DNA of 64,000 bases from Podarcis cretensis (taxonomy: Eukaryota). The stretch spans positions 29,698,001 to 29,762,000 of the forward strand of contig OX638161.1 of NCBI GenBank assembly GCA_951804945.1, read 5' to 3'. The translations under genes were made by a program, and so were the position numbers. Position 1 is the first letter of the stretch. Each line of letters starts with the position of its first letter. Below, one piece after another: positions 52,864-64,000 of this stretch. The notes under the pieces are model-generated. The model searched no databases. It saw only the letters and a list, made by a program, of their open reading frames with translations, and was not told where the DNA came from.

Positions 52864-54098
52864 TAACTAAATAGGTACTAAAAGTCACCCCAGAACTGGG
52901 CCTACTGAACATCTTCCAAGATAACAATGCCCACTGACACTAGAAAGAGCTCATAACCCACCGACAGCATACGATTCAATATGGCTAACTTAACCCAACA
53001 ACCCCCCCTCACCCACAAACAACCCCCCTCACCCACAAAAATCCCACTGCAGCCAGCCAAAGACGATCAACCACATTCTGGCCACCCCAACCTCTCTCAC
53101 CACCAAAGAAACATAAGAAGCGAATAGAAAGAGAACTTTCCCAGGTGACGCTGACAGAAAAAACCCAAGCATACACTAAATAAAAGAACTTAAGCTTTGC
53201 CACCCCAGTCCCTCTCTCCTGCTCTCCTGCATCCACACAACATGACCAGTCCAACAAAGTTGATGTTGAAGAATCATTGCTTTGACACTGGCATAGCTGT
53301 CAACTTACAGATTTGAAAATAAGGGACCAGCAGCCAAAATAAGGGACCTGCAGCCTCACCTGCTCTAGGCACTTGAGTCTTCCTGTCCTCCTGCAGTCTG
53401 GTCAAACTCATGCTGGTAGCTTCGAGAACACTGTCCAACCAACTTTGTAACCAGAGATTCAACTGAATAGAATCTGAATCACATACACCACAAGGCCTAT
53501 GCAGCCTCAACTTAAGATGGCTCCCCAGCCTGGCTTTGCACTGCAAAGTTTGCAGCAGCATGTGCAACAAAATGGCATCCAGCATTCAAAAAACCCCTCA
53601 GCTTGCATTAACTAGCCACACACAAAGCATGCAAGCTCCACCCCCCCCATCGTTCTTAGACTTCTTATTGGGTGAGCAACACAGCCAAGCAACACAGTTG
53701 GAGCCTCCCTCCTCCCTGGCTGGCAGGGAGGGAGGGAGGGAGAGGAGCTGCTTCCTTTGAAATTTAAGGGACATCATTTAAGGGACATTTAAGGGACATC
53801 CATCAATAAGGGACAGCAGCGGGACATGGCTCTCGAATAAGGGGCTGTCCCTTCAAATAAGGGACACTTGACAGCTATGGACACTGGTGATCTTTGCTTC
53901 TTCCAGTACACTTGGCATTAGTTTGCCTGTCTTCCCAAGTGATGTGTAAATTTTTTCGGAGACATCGTTGATGGAATCTTTCATGGAGTTGGAGATGTCG
54001 TTTATAAGTGGTTCCTGTTTCACAAGCATACAGTAAGGTTGGTAGTAGAGAAAAGTGAAGAAAAGGGCCTCCACTTGAACTAAAGGACAGGCATATTG

Positions 54099-54529
54099 TG
54101 ATGTGGGGGTGGGCTTTGAACATCCAGGTTAGCTTTGAAGCTATTTTTGTAATGGAGCAGAATTTGAATAGTAGAGTGCTTGGTATCTGGTGGGCGGGGC
54201 TTGTGTGTTTTGCTGCGGAATCAGCCCCTCCCTTCAGTGTGTGTTCTGTTAAGAGTGTCAGTTAAGAGGGACCAACTGCCTCCTCTTGTTTCTTGTCTCA
54301 GACTTGCCCCATGTTACTGTATTTAGTTTCCCTCATTGTGTTATTTTGTTACAGTTTTCTTTATTATCAAAGCTTAGTTCACATTTACGTGAGCCACTAA
54401 TTTTGCTCAAAGAAAAAGAAACTCTGCTGAAGAACGGTGGAATATCCTAAACTTGGGTGAGTGAGGGGATATTCCCAGTTTGCCAGGAGGATTGATTTTG
54501 TTAATCATCCCCCCCCCAACTCCACAACA
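54099..54529. mobile_element. Possible solo LTR
   Basis: ~430 bp bounded by imperfect inverted termini TGATGTGGGGGTGGG...CCCAACTCCACAACA (TG...CA). No clean TSD. Confidence 0.35.
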
Positions 54530-54689
54530 ATGTTAGCCCCTGCCCTTTTAGGATGGAAGTGAGAGCTGACAATCATAGAAATCATTTGTAAAATCTATTA
54601 GTGTAGTGTGGCTGTGGTTGGGCAGCAGCATGCCCTGATCACTTTCTAAATAAAAGGTTGCAACAGAAAGTTAATTCCTTCTTAAACTC

Positions 54690-54900
54690 ACATAGCGCTT
54701 ACAGTTCATTATCATTTTGGAAAATGTGACAGGTGAGGTGCTGCAGGGTTCTGTCCTGGGCCCATTCAACGACTTGGATGAAGGAATTGAGAGGACGCTC
54801 ATCAAATTTGCAGATGGCACCAAACTGGGAGGGGAATCTAATGCTGCAGAAGGCAGAATCAGGATTCAATATGATGATATTAACAGATTGGAGAGCTTGG
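54690..54900 (+). mobile_element. CR1 reverse-transcriptase fragment
   Basis: VLQGSVLGP.NDLDEGIERTLIKFADGTKLGG matches the CR1 RT motifs QGSVLGP and FADD, in degenerate form. Confidence 0.85.
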
Positions 54901-55441
54901 TCATTTTTTAGAGTCCTGACCTCTGAGCACACATTTTTGGTCATTTTCCAGCTGCTAACTCCCGGTCATGTTTTTTGTTATTTTTCAGCGCTCTGACCCA
55001 TGGGTCAAATTTATGACCCACATACCACATTTTTGCTCAAATACTGTAATATTTTAGCAGCAAATCTGCTGCTAAAAACACTGATGCTGCCTGTTTGGGA
55101 TACCAGCACTCTGAAGCAGGAGACTTGTGATAGTGTTTTTGGGGACATTTCCCCAAATCCCATCTGGCTCAAACCTTACTCCAATGTGCTCAAGAGCATT
55201 GGCAGAGGTCATCATACCAGGCAACCAAAGCACCTATATTACTTACGTCTTTGGCTCAGGGATCTATCCCCTCCTACTTTCCTCTCTCCCTATGTTTCCC
55301 TCTCCACTGCCACATTGGAACCATCAATTCAACATTTCATAACTTAAACGCTTTCAAAAACTTATTTGCTAGACATTCTGATCCAATTTCTTTCAATACT
55401 CCTTTCCTGAAAGGAAATTTTGAAAATTGAATAGATCCTGG

Positions 55442-55738
55442 AAGGGCCGTCTTAAGTATATCCGATGACATGGCGCAAAGATCCCCCGCCCCCCTGTTTC
55501 CCAGAGTTGCTGACCTTTTTACGGCCCTGCCAGCAGCTTTGCGGGGCTGGAGGAGATGGGCAGCTGCTGGAGGGCGGCTCCTGTGGCGGGGAAGAGGTGG
55601 AGGCTCTGGGCATGGTGCTGCTTCAGCGAGCTGATGCCGGGAGGCACCGCATCCAGCCTCCGCCTCTTCCCTGGCGCCCTCCAGAACTTGGCGTCCTGGC
55701 ACCCTGCGCCACTTGCCTCTATGGGCAAGACGCCCCTG
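55442..55738. mobile_element. GC-rich hAT MITE with 8-bp TSD
   Basis: Termini AGGGCCGTCTT...AAGACGCCCCTG and TSD GATCCTGG at 55434-55441 and 55739-55746. Confidence 0.75.
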
Positions 55739-56890
55739 GATCCTGGATCTCTATGAAAATGGGCAGCTTGATCTTCAATCTAAACCCATGAGTTCCTTCT
55801 CCAGACATTGAGATAAATTACTCAGCAATATTTTTTTAATCTCACAATTTGTGTAGATTCTGGAAGTTCAGGGTTTGTTGGAGCTGACAATGCAGTGTTT
55901 TTCATCTTTTAATCAGTTGCTCAACTAAAGATACACAGACACTTCAAGGCCAATTGAAAGAGGCCATTAGAAGAGGTGTTATGGAAGATAATAAGTTTGT
56001 ATACAACTGCACTGTAAGATCAAAATGATAATTTCTGAAGAATGCATGACATATATGCCCAGCTTCAATGCACACTACAATCCTGATCTGAACTGGGGAA
56101 TATCACTCCTTTTATATGCAATGGGAGGATTTTTTTTTTTTAAAAAGACATTTTCATTATTGTTAAAACCAGATAAATTCTGTTTTGCTTAAATAAATTC
56201 CATTTTACCTTTGAATCACCTGGTTGACCCATGATCAACCCATCCATGCTCCTCCTTTGCCTATAAGCTCTTAGAAGCCTTCCCATAAATATATGGGTCC
56301 TGTTCTGTTCTTCAGTAAGAGGTTTTAATAAGATGTTCCTCTGGTGTCTATTTAAATGCTGGAGTGGAGTAGTGACACTTCAACAATGTATTATTGTGGG
56401 AGAGGCGCTATGCAGCCCAGGAAGGCGCTAGAGTGTAGAGCTGTGGATTAAAGAATAACTCTGAATATTTAGCTTGCCATAGTGGTATTCTATGCATACT
56501 CCACCATGTGGTAGGTACCACTAAATAGCCACTTAATATTCTGGCATATTTATGCCATGGAAATGAAGGAATGAAAAATGTCCATGCCTGCTATTGTGAC
56601 AAATGACCTTGGGGTGGGCTAAATCAAATGAAAAACCAAAACTGGAACTGGAACTCCATACACTGGTGAACACTGCAGTTTCACTCAACTAACATTTTTA
56701 ATCCATCATATTTAATTCTGAATAATATATCACACAACTGTCCTAATTTGTTTGTTGAGAGAAAGTAAATAAAATGACTAAGGTCATCCATGTTTATTTG
56801 TAAGACATGTTCATTTGTCCACCACATCAACAGTATTAACATCTCACTGGAGGAAAGCATGATGGCAGAAATTGCAGGTCTTGGAATATG

Positions 56891-59800
56891 TTAGAATTTC
56901 CTCTTTATTAACTGCTCCTTACTGTTCAGATAGGGCCTCAGCACAATAATGTAGCATTTGGGAGCAAAGATGGAACCCAGCAAGCCAGAACTAGAGGCCA
57001 AGATGGAGAAGATCTCCACAGCCACCATGTATTTTCCTTTGGTGCTCAAGTAAACTGGAACAAAGGATATCCAGACACTACAAAATACTAACATGCTGAA
57101 AGTTATAAATTTGGTCTCATTAAAGCTGTCTGGCAGTTTCCTAGCTAAAAATGCCACAACAAAGCTGACCATAGCCAGGAAGCCCATGTAACCAAGAACA
57201 CAGTAAAACATGGTGACGGACCCTTCATTACATTCCAGTATCATTTCTCCCACCGTGGAGTGCATGTCAAGATGGGGGAATGAGGGAGAGGTTATCAGCC
57301 ATACAGTGCAAATACCTGCTTGGATAAGAGAACAAGAAAACACAGTGGTGCCTGCCAGTCTTTTCCCCACCCATTTCCTCATTATGGATCCTGGTTTAGT
57401 GGCCATGAAGGCCAGAACCACGGTGATGGTTTTGGCCAGCACACAAGAAACGGTCACTGTGAAAATGACAGCAAAAGCAACTTGTCGGAGAAGGCAGATC
57501 ACTCTTTCTGGTGGGCTAAGGAAGAGCAAAGGGCAGAGAAAGCAGAGCAGGAGGGAAGTGAGGAGAGCGTAGGTGAGATCCCGATTGTTGGCTCTGACGA
57601 TTGGCGTGTCCTGGTTTTTAATAAAGATGGCTAGAACCAACACTGTGAGCATAGAGAGAGAAAGAGCCAAAGAAGCCAAGCTCATCCCTAGATGCTCTTT
57701 TATAGACAGGAAGATTATTGCCTTTGGAATGCACTGTGATTGGCCTTTGTCTGGATATCGATCTTCACTACATCTGTTGCAATTGTCCATGTCTGGAAAA
57801 AGAAGAGATGCAGGTTCTGGGTGTGCCGGACAGAAACTGTCTATTACATCCTAACATTAAACTGGAGTACCAAAAGGATTCCTAGACAGAACAAATACAC
57901 CTTTGGACCAGAAATCAGCATAATTTGCTGGGTTGTCTGCCTATGTTATGCTAACTTCCCAGGGGCCACCATCTGTTGTATAGATTGCTGCGGAGACAAT
58001 GATGTTTGACGATTTTAGAACATTTATAGTGGAGTGGCTCCTTCAGACATATATTCAATCTCCCATGCATTAATCATAAAGTGGTAGATACATTTAGGGC
58101 AGAGTTCTACCAACTGCTTGATTGCAAGCTTCTCTTCTATTACCTCACTCTCTTCTAAATCAGACTATCCAGATGTTTAGGTCCCCATCAGAGATCCTCC
58201 TCCTTATGTCTCCTCTGAAACAGGTTTGGAAGGTGGCATCAAGGGAAAGGGGCTTTTCAATGGTGTCCCTCGTTTATGGAACGCTCTCCCCAGAGAGATT
58301 CACTTGGGGCCAACTTTGACATAACTTCGGTGCTAAGCAAAAACATTTTTGTTTCCCATGGCATTTGAATGTTGATGTCATTGTTCTTGGGATTGAGTTG
58401 AAGGTGTAGATTATTTTGTGGTGATGACGTCATGGTTGTGGGAGAAGACACTTGTAGGTTGGGTATGCTTTATGTGCTCACCAGCTTGCATTATTGTTTG
58501 TTAACTATGGAATTTGTCTGCATTTATATTTCCTATGTGCTATTTTAAATTGTTCATTCACCTAAGAAATCTTCTTAAAAGGTGATTCATACATTGAATA
58601 ATTAATAATAATATTAGTAAGTCCTATCCAAATTCACTGGATGCATTCCTGTGTAAGTTATCTTACGGACCCATCCTCAGTTATCTCCTGCTGCATAACA
58701 CACCAGAAAATGAGGGCGAAATTTCGATTTCTGAAAAAGTTTAGATAAACTGTAGAAATGCTGCCAAAAGAGACCAACACCATTCAAAGTAAGTGGTAAC
58801 CTCTGATTGATCATCAATAGGAGTCCCATGCAGATCACATCACTAGGGTGGGGAAAGATGGCTTCTAACTTAGAATCAGAAGGAATATCATAAAAAGATA
58901 CTAGTTGGGTTTCTGAGTGTTGCTCCAATAAGATATGAAAATTTATACAATTATTACCATTGAAAGCCTCAAGCTTCTGAGCTTCAGCTATTATAGAAAG
59001 AACAATGGCATCAATGATTGGCTCATTTTTTGCTGAAACCGTATGTTACAATGTGCACTGTCTTTGAAGTATTTCTTGTCTCTTACCCTTTTGGGATGAA
59101 ATCTTGCCTTGAGGGCATGGAGAACAATCATAGCAGCAGAATTTCTCCCCCTCCTTCTTTTTCTTGCTGGAGCCAGGAGGGCAATTTGGGTTACATGTAG
59201 AAAGGGGTGGAACCTGTCAATTTGAATAAACACACGAATAGTTTATCACCGAGAATAAAATAACAGATGTAAACTCAAGGTGTGTTGTGTGGGGTTTTTT
59301 TGAGAAACTTGTTTCAGGTTTTTTGGGTGATTGAGGTTTGATTGACTGATTGATTTCAAGCAGTTAAATGGTTGGAATACATTGGCTACATTCCTATCAA
59401 ATACTGTATGGATATAAAGTAGCTTGTACATGATGAGGTTTTAGACAGGATTAAGAGTTGCTGATGGTCTCCATTGCCAATGGGACAAAACACAGATTTT
59501 TAGTAATGCAGCAGCAAAATTGTGTACTTTTTCATAAAAATACTAATTTTACATCATTTGTAGCTTAATGTATACTAATCATTTTATGATATAGAGGCAT
59601 GTGATGTTGCATGTGTATGCATGCACAGCCAGTTGAACGCACAGTGGCTTATAACAGTGTTATGATTTTTTAATATAAGCATTAAATTTACAGATTTATA
59701 GACATAGTGATAATTTTCATATATGGAAACATGGTGTTCTAGGCTTCCATAATTACGGGTTCAGGATTTGAGTTATGCAAGAAGTGCCCCAAGACTGCTA

Positions 59801-62800
59801 TCCATTTGCTCTGTTTTATTAGTTGGTGCAATAATATTCAATTTCCCTATAGAGCCTGGAAATCGCAGTTGTGCCCCACCTGCTTAAAGCTTCTGTGCCA
59901 CACCATTTTTTCATCATCAATTGAAAATTCCTTGCCTGTGGGAGCCTCCAAATCTATTTTTCCAAACTTGGCTCTCAGGAAGCAGTTATTTGGAAAAATG
60001 ACAAAATTGGTAATATCGAATCCATTCTTCAATTCCAAACTCTCACCAAAAGACACTGTTTCTCCCACACTGTTGTTAAATGAGACACTCCTAAGAAAGG
60101 GGTGGAGCTGAGTAGAAAGAGGAACAGAAGGACAGGAACAATTGATTAAAACTCGAACATCTCTCAGATCTTTTCCACACACAATTATTTCCAGGGGAGG
60201 GAACTTGTTAGATTGAAGCTTTTGTTGGCAGTTGAAAGATGAATGAGAAAATAAACAAGTGCTAGTCTCCAAACCCAAGCATCTCTGGGTAGGGCTGCAA
60301 GTGACTTTTTCCTGGAATGCATGAAAGTCACAGTAAGTGTGAACAATACTGAATTTGATGTTCTTAAAGATCTTATTTAGTATAGGGTAAGGTAAAGGTA
60401 AAGGTACCCCTGCCCGTACGGGCCAGTCTTGACAGACTCTGGGGTTGTGCGCCCATCTCACTTAAGAGGCCAGGGGCCAGCGCTGTCCGGAGACACTTCC
60501 GGGTCACGTGGCCAGCGTGACATCGCTGCTCTGGCGAGCCAGAGCCGCACACGGAAACGCCGTTTACCTTCCCGCTGGTAAGCGGTCCCTATTTATCTAC
60601 TTGCACCCGGAGGTGCTTTCGAACTGCTAGGTTGGCAGGCGCTGGGACCGAGCAGCGGGAGCGCACCCCGCCGCAGGGATTCGAACCGCCGACCTTTCGA
60701 TCGGCAAGTCCTAGGCGCTGAGGCTTTAACCCACAGCGCCACCTGCGTCCTTTAGTATAGGGTAGCTTCCTATAAAAGGGACGCAGGTGGCGCTGTGGGT
60801 TAAAGCCTCAGCGCCTAGGGCTTGCCGATTGAAAGGTCGGCGGTTCGAATCCCTGCGGCGGGGTGCGCTCCCGCTGCTCGGTCCCAGCGCCTGCCAACCT
60901 AGCAGTTCGAAAGCACCTCCGGGTGCAAGTAGATAAATAGGGACCGCTTACCAGCGGGAAGGTAAACGGCGTTTCCATGTGCGGCTCTGGCTCTGGCTCT
61001 GGCTCTGGCCAGAGCAGCGATGTCACGCTGGCCACGTGACCCGGAAGTGTCTCCGGACAGCGCTGGCCCTCGGCCTCTTAAGTGAGATGAGCGCACAACC
61101 CCAGAGTCTGTCAAGACTGGCCCGTACGGGCAGGGGTACCTTTACCTTTACCTTTTAGCTTCCTATAAAGGCACTGCTCTATATGCCCCTGGGTTGTCAT
61201 TCCTCTGCTTATATCAATAGAGTTGAGTCTCAAGAAAGATATTACCTGCCAAGGCTGCAGATTTGGAAGCACCCACCTCCCTTTGTCTTCCATAGTTCTG
61301 CGTTTGTACCTGGTTCGGAAAATGGCATGTAAAGCATGTGCTACAACATAGACTGCATTGTAGATGCTGTAGCTGTGGCCAATCATGCTCGTCTCAAAGC
61401 CAGATGAAGGGAGATCTTCAAGCTTCTCCTTTCCAGTGCAGATTTTATTAACCTGCTTCTTTGTCTTAGAACTTGGAAATGAACATCTGAATGCTCGTTC
61501 CCAGAACAACTTGAGAAAAATGTCTTCATTGGTCCCCAGAGTATTTATGAGCTGAAGAAATGTTCTGAATCCTTGAACCTCTTTTGAATGAACCCTGAAG
61601 GAGATGGAACCGTGGAAGGCTTCCATACTTAAGGTCATTTGGTAGAAGAATTCTGTAAACTCCAGCTGAGCAGTCATGATCCACACCTTTCCTACTGGTG
61701 TATTTGCGCCATTTGTTATTTCACCTATGATGAGCATTGTTCGTAAACAAAGCATGGACTTGGTTTCTCCAAAGACAACAACAGCACTGGCTTTGCTCTC
61801 CGCAATAACTTTGTAGATTTGGAGCCACTTGAGACTCAGAGAAAATAAAATTCTCCAGTATGTGTTTTTTGGAGTTCTCTCTGAGAAAGCAAAGCAGATG
61901 CCTCTCTGGGAAAGCAGAAGTTGCATGGACTGCAAAAATCTCTCCCCGCTCTCTCCCTCTATAGCGATAAACCCAACCCACGTCCATCCAAAGTGCAGAA
62001 GCAACTGAGCAATGCCAGTGTATTGATGGGCTTCGTTTGGAACCATCCGGTAGAAGGGAGTAGACTGGACTTGATCACTGTCTTCTGGAGCAAAGGAGCC
62101 ATAACTGAGCTAAAAATAAATAAGGAAGCATATTATGTCAATGTAATAGAGGGAATTGCTACATGCATCTGTAGTGAAAGGGCAATTGCGATTGGGATTC
62201 ACCTCTCCTGCTAGGCCAAAGTGTCCAGGATGGAGCAAGTTGATTTGATAGCATCACTGCAAAATTAGTGCATCTTGAATGCAAAGATATTCCTGAGAGT
62301 GGAGTGTGGTCCTAGTATAGTGGATTTGTGGCTTGTGAAATATTTCACGTAACCAAGAATGTTTACTGGAGATTTGTTAAGAGTGCAAGAATTATAGCTC
62401 TGTAACAGATCTCCTAACAATTCTCAGCATGCCTAACAAGCTACAGTTCTCAGGATTCTGAGTGTTAAGGTGGAATAATAGTGCTTTAACTGTATAGTGT
62501 GGACGTGATCTTTGTCTCTCAGAACCGGAAAACTTTTCTGGGTAGAAAAGGAAAATGCAAATGACTCATGAAGCTACCTGTATCTTACCTGTGGAGTCTT
62601 GTAAACACCCAGGATGGCTGCCATATGGAGAGAGGTTTCAAAGTCAAGTCCCCCAATGACACCCAACAGACTTTCCTGAGTGTCACACTTGTAGTTGGGA
62701 ACAAATTTCTGCTGTGTGAATAGAAGCTCCAGAGTTGCCCGATAGGTCATCCTTTCATTGTAATAACTATCGTAGATGTGAAATCCCAAGGTGATATTTG

Positions 62801-64000
62801 GCAAGATCTCAGGATTCTCATTGATCTCCTTGACAGCAAATACCAATGCCAGAATATGCTGGTAGTTCTTTGGCACAACCCTGCAATGAGAGTTACTTGA
62901 TACTGAGTTACCAGGTATGCTAGGCATTGTGTGACATAGAGATGGGTGAATCTGTCTGTTTGGGTTTCTCTCCATTTCTCTTTCCCCCCCAATCTTAAAT
63001 TCTGTTTTCAATCGCATATAGGATATATGTTCCAGATTCAAACCAATACTCAGTTTTTGGCAGGCAAAGATATAAATATGGGTGGATCTCTCAGTTTTGA
63101 TTTCTCTCTGTTTCTCATTTTTCCAATCTTAAGTTTACATTCTGATATCAGTTTGTGATTTTCAAAAAAAAAAGGCCACCAGCATTTTAGTGCAAATTTC
63201 TCCTAATATTCATATTTTTGTACGCAGTTCTGCCCAGTGTAAACATTTTTGCAAAGTGATGTCTTTAGATATAATGCATTTTTAAATGTTAATTCACTAA
63301 AATATGCATTGTTATGTACACTTTACCCTTGTATGCATTACTTGACTGGAGAACTGCACTGCAAAATTTGGAAAAGTTTGAAGATCAAGGGATAGCTGGG
63401 TTCAGGTTTACATATTGTTTCATTACTGTTAAAAAGATAGGTTCATCTTTAAAAGAGAGCAGAATGGAATTTCCCCACCACCACCCTTACTTCTCTCACT
63501 CATGCACAGATATCCATCTCTCTCTGCTTCAAACTGCATTAAAGAGTATTGGTCTTCATTTCTGTGTAAACAGGGTTAAAAGGTAAAGGGACCCCTGACA
63601 ATTAAGCCCAGTCACGAACAACTCTGGGGTTGCGGCGCTCATCTCACTTTAAAGGCTGAGGGAGCCGTTGTTTGTCTGCTTCCACAGACAGTTTTTCAGG
63701 GTCATGTGGCCAGCATGACTAAGCTGCTTCTGGCGAAACCAAAGCAGCTCACGGTAAACAGGGTTAGGATTTGGATATTAATGAGCATCAAATAAAGTCC
63801 TTACAATACATTAAGTAATTGCTGGAAGGTGTGGTATTTCTTGAAGTCTTCCCAGTTAAGAGAAGGAAAGAGATGAGAAGTAAGTCCACCAATGATCAGG
63901 TCACCTGGCTGATAATACTTGTGTGGAATATGGAATGGGTCACTGATGGTGCACGTACTGATCATTTTTCCATTACATATCATCCATGGAAGCAACAAGA
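56891..64000 (-). CDS. Vomeronasal type-2 receptor (V2R, class C GPCR, Vmn2r26-like); 5' end truncated by the window
   Basis: complement(join(56891..57792,59087..59213,59880..60107,61246..62109,62589..62880,63805..>64000)), the six-exon V2R layout, with no stops or frameshifts seen. VFT motifs [11 protein letters not shown] and [30 protein letters not shown]. Cys-rich [15 protein letters not shown]. 7TM motifs [13 protein letters not shown] and [16 protein letters not shown]. Confidence 0.95.
60390..60750 (-). mobile_element. Sauria SINE, full length, young
   Basis: CpG-rich intact copy. TSD TTTAGTATAGGGTA at 60376-60389 and 60751-60764. Confidence 0.92.
60778..61155 (+). mobile_element. Sauria SINE, full length, young
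   Basis: CpG-rich intact copy. TSD TAGCTTCCTATAAA at 60763-60776 and 61156-61169. Confidence 0.92.
63575..63755 (-). mobile_element. Sauria SINE, 5'-truncated
   Basis: Only the tail AAGGTAAAGGGACCCCTGAC and the 3' half are present. Confidence 0.8.

Noticed and set aside
59847-60461. 204-aa ORF starting in a SINE and running into V2R exon 4
   Set aside because: GTG start inside a repeat and an intronic N-terminal part. Only 59880-60107 is a real exon.

Overview
Vertebrate genomic DNA, most likely from a squamate and probably a lacertid lizard (inferred from the Sauria-SINE, Squam3-like SINE, BovB and V2R content). It holds the conserved gene block ATXN7L3 (+), TMUB2 (-), ASB16 (-) and HROB/C17orf53 (-). 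A TE-dense interval follows, then an apparently intact vomeronasal type-2 receptor (V2R) gene (-) whose start codon lies just beyond the window. I built all five CDS models by hand with GT-AG introns and consistent reading phase. Two structures stand out. One is an 82-bp inverted repeat (75/82 identity) in the HROB CpG-island promoter, with a strong-Kozak uORF starting in its loop. The other is a pair of young Sauria SINEs inserted head-to-head in V2R intron 3, with different, abutting target-site duplications on a quasi-palindromic target. There are no prokaryotic features, and I found nothing I can call a new multi-gene system. Repeat family names and comparisons with human genes come from memory, not from a database search.
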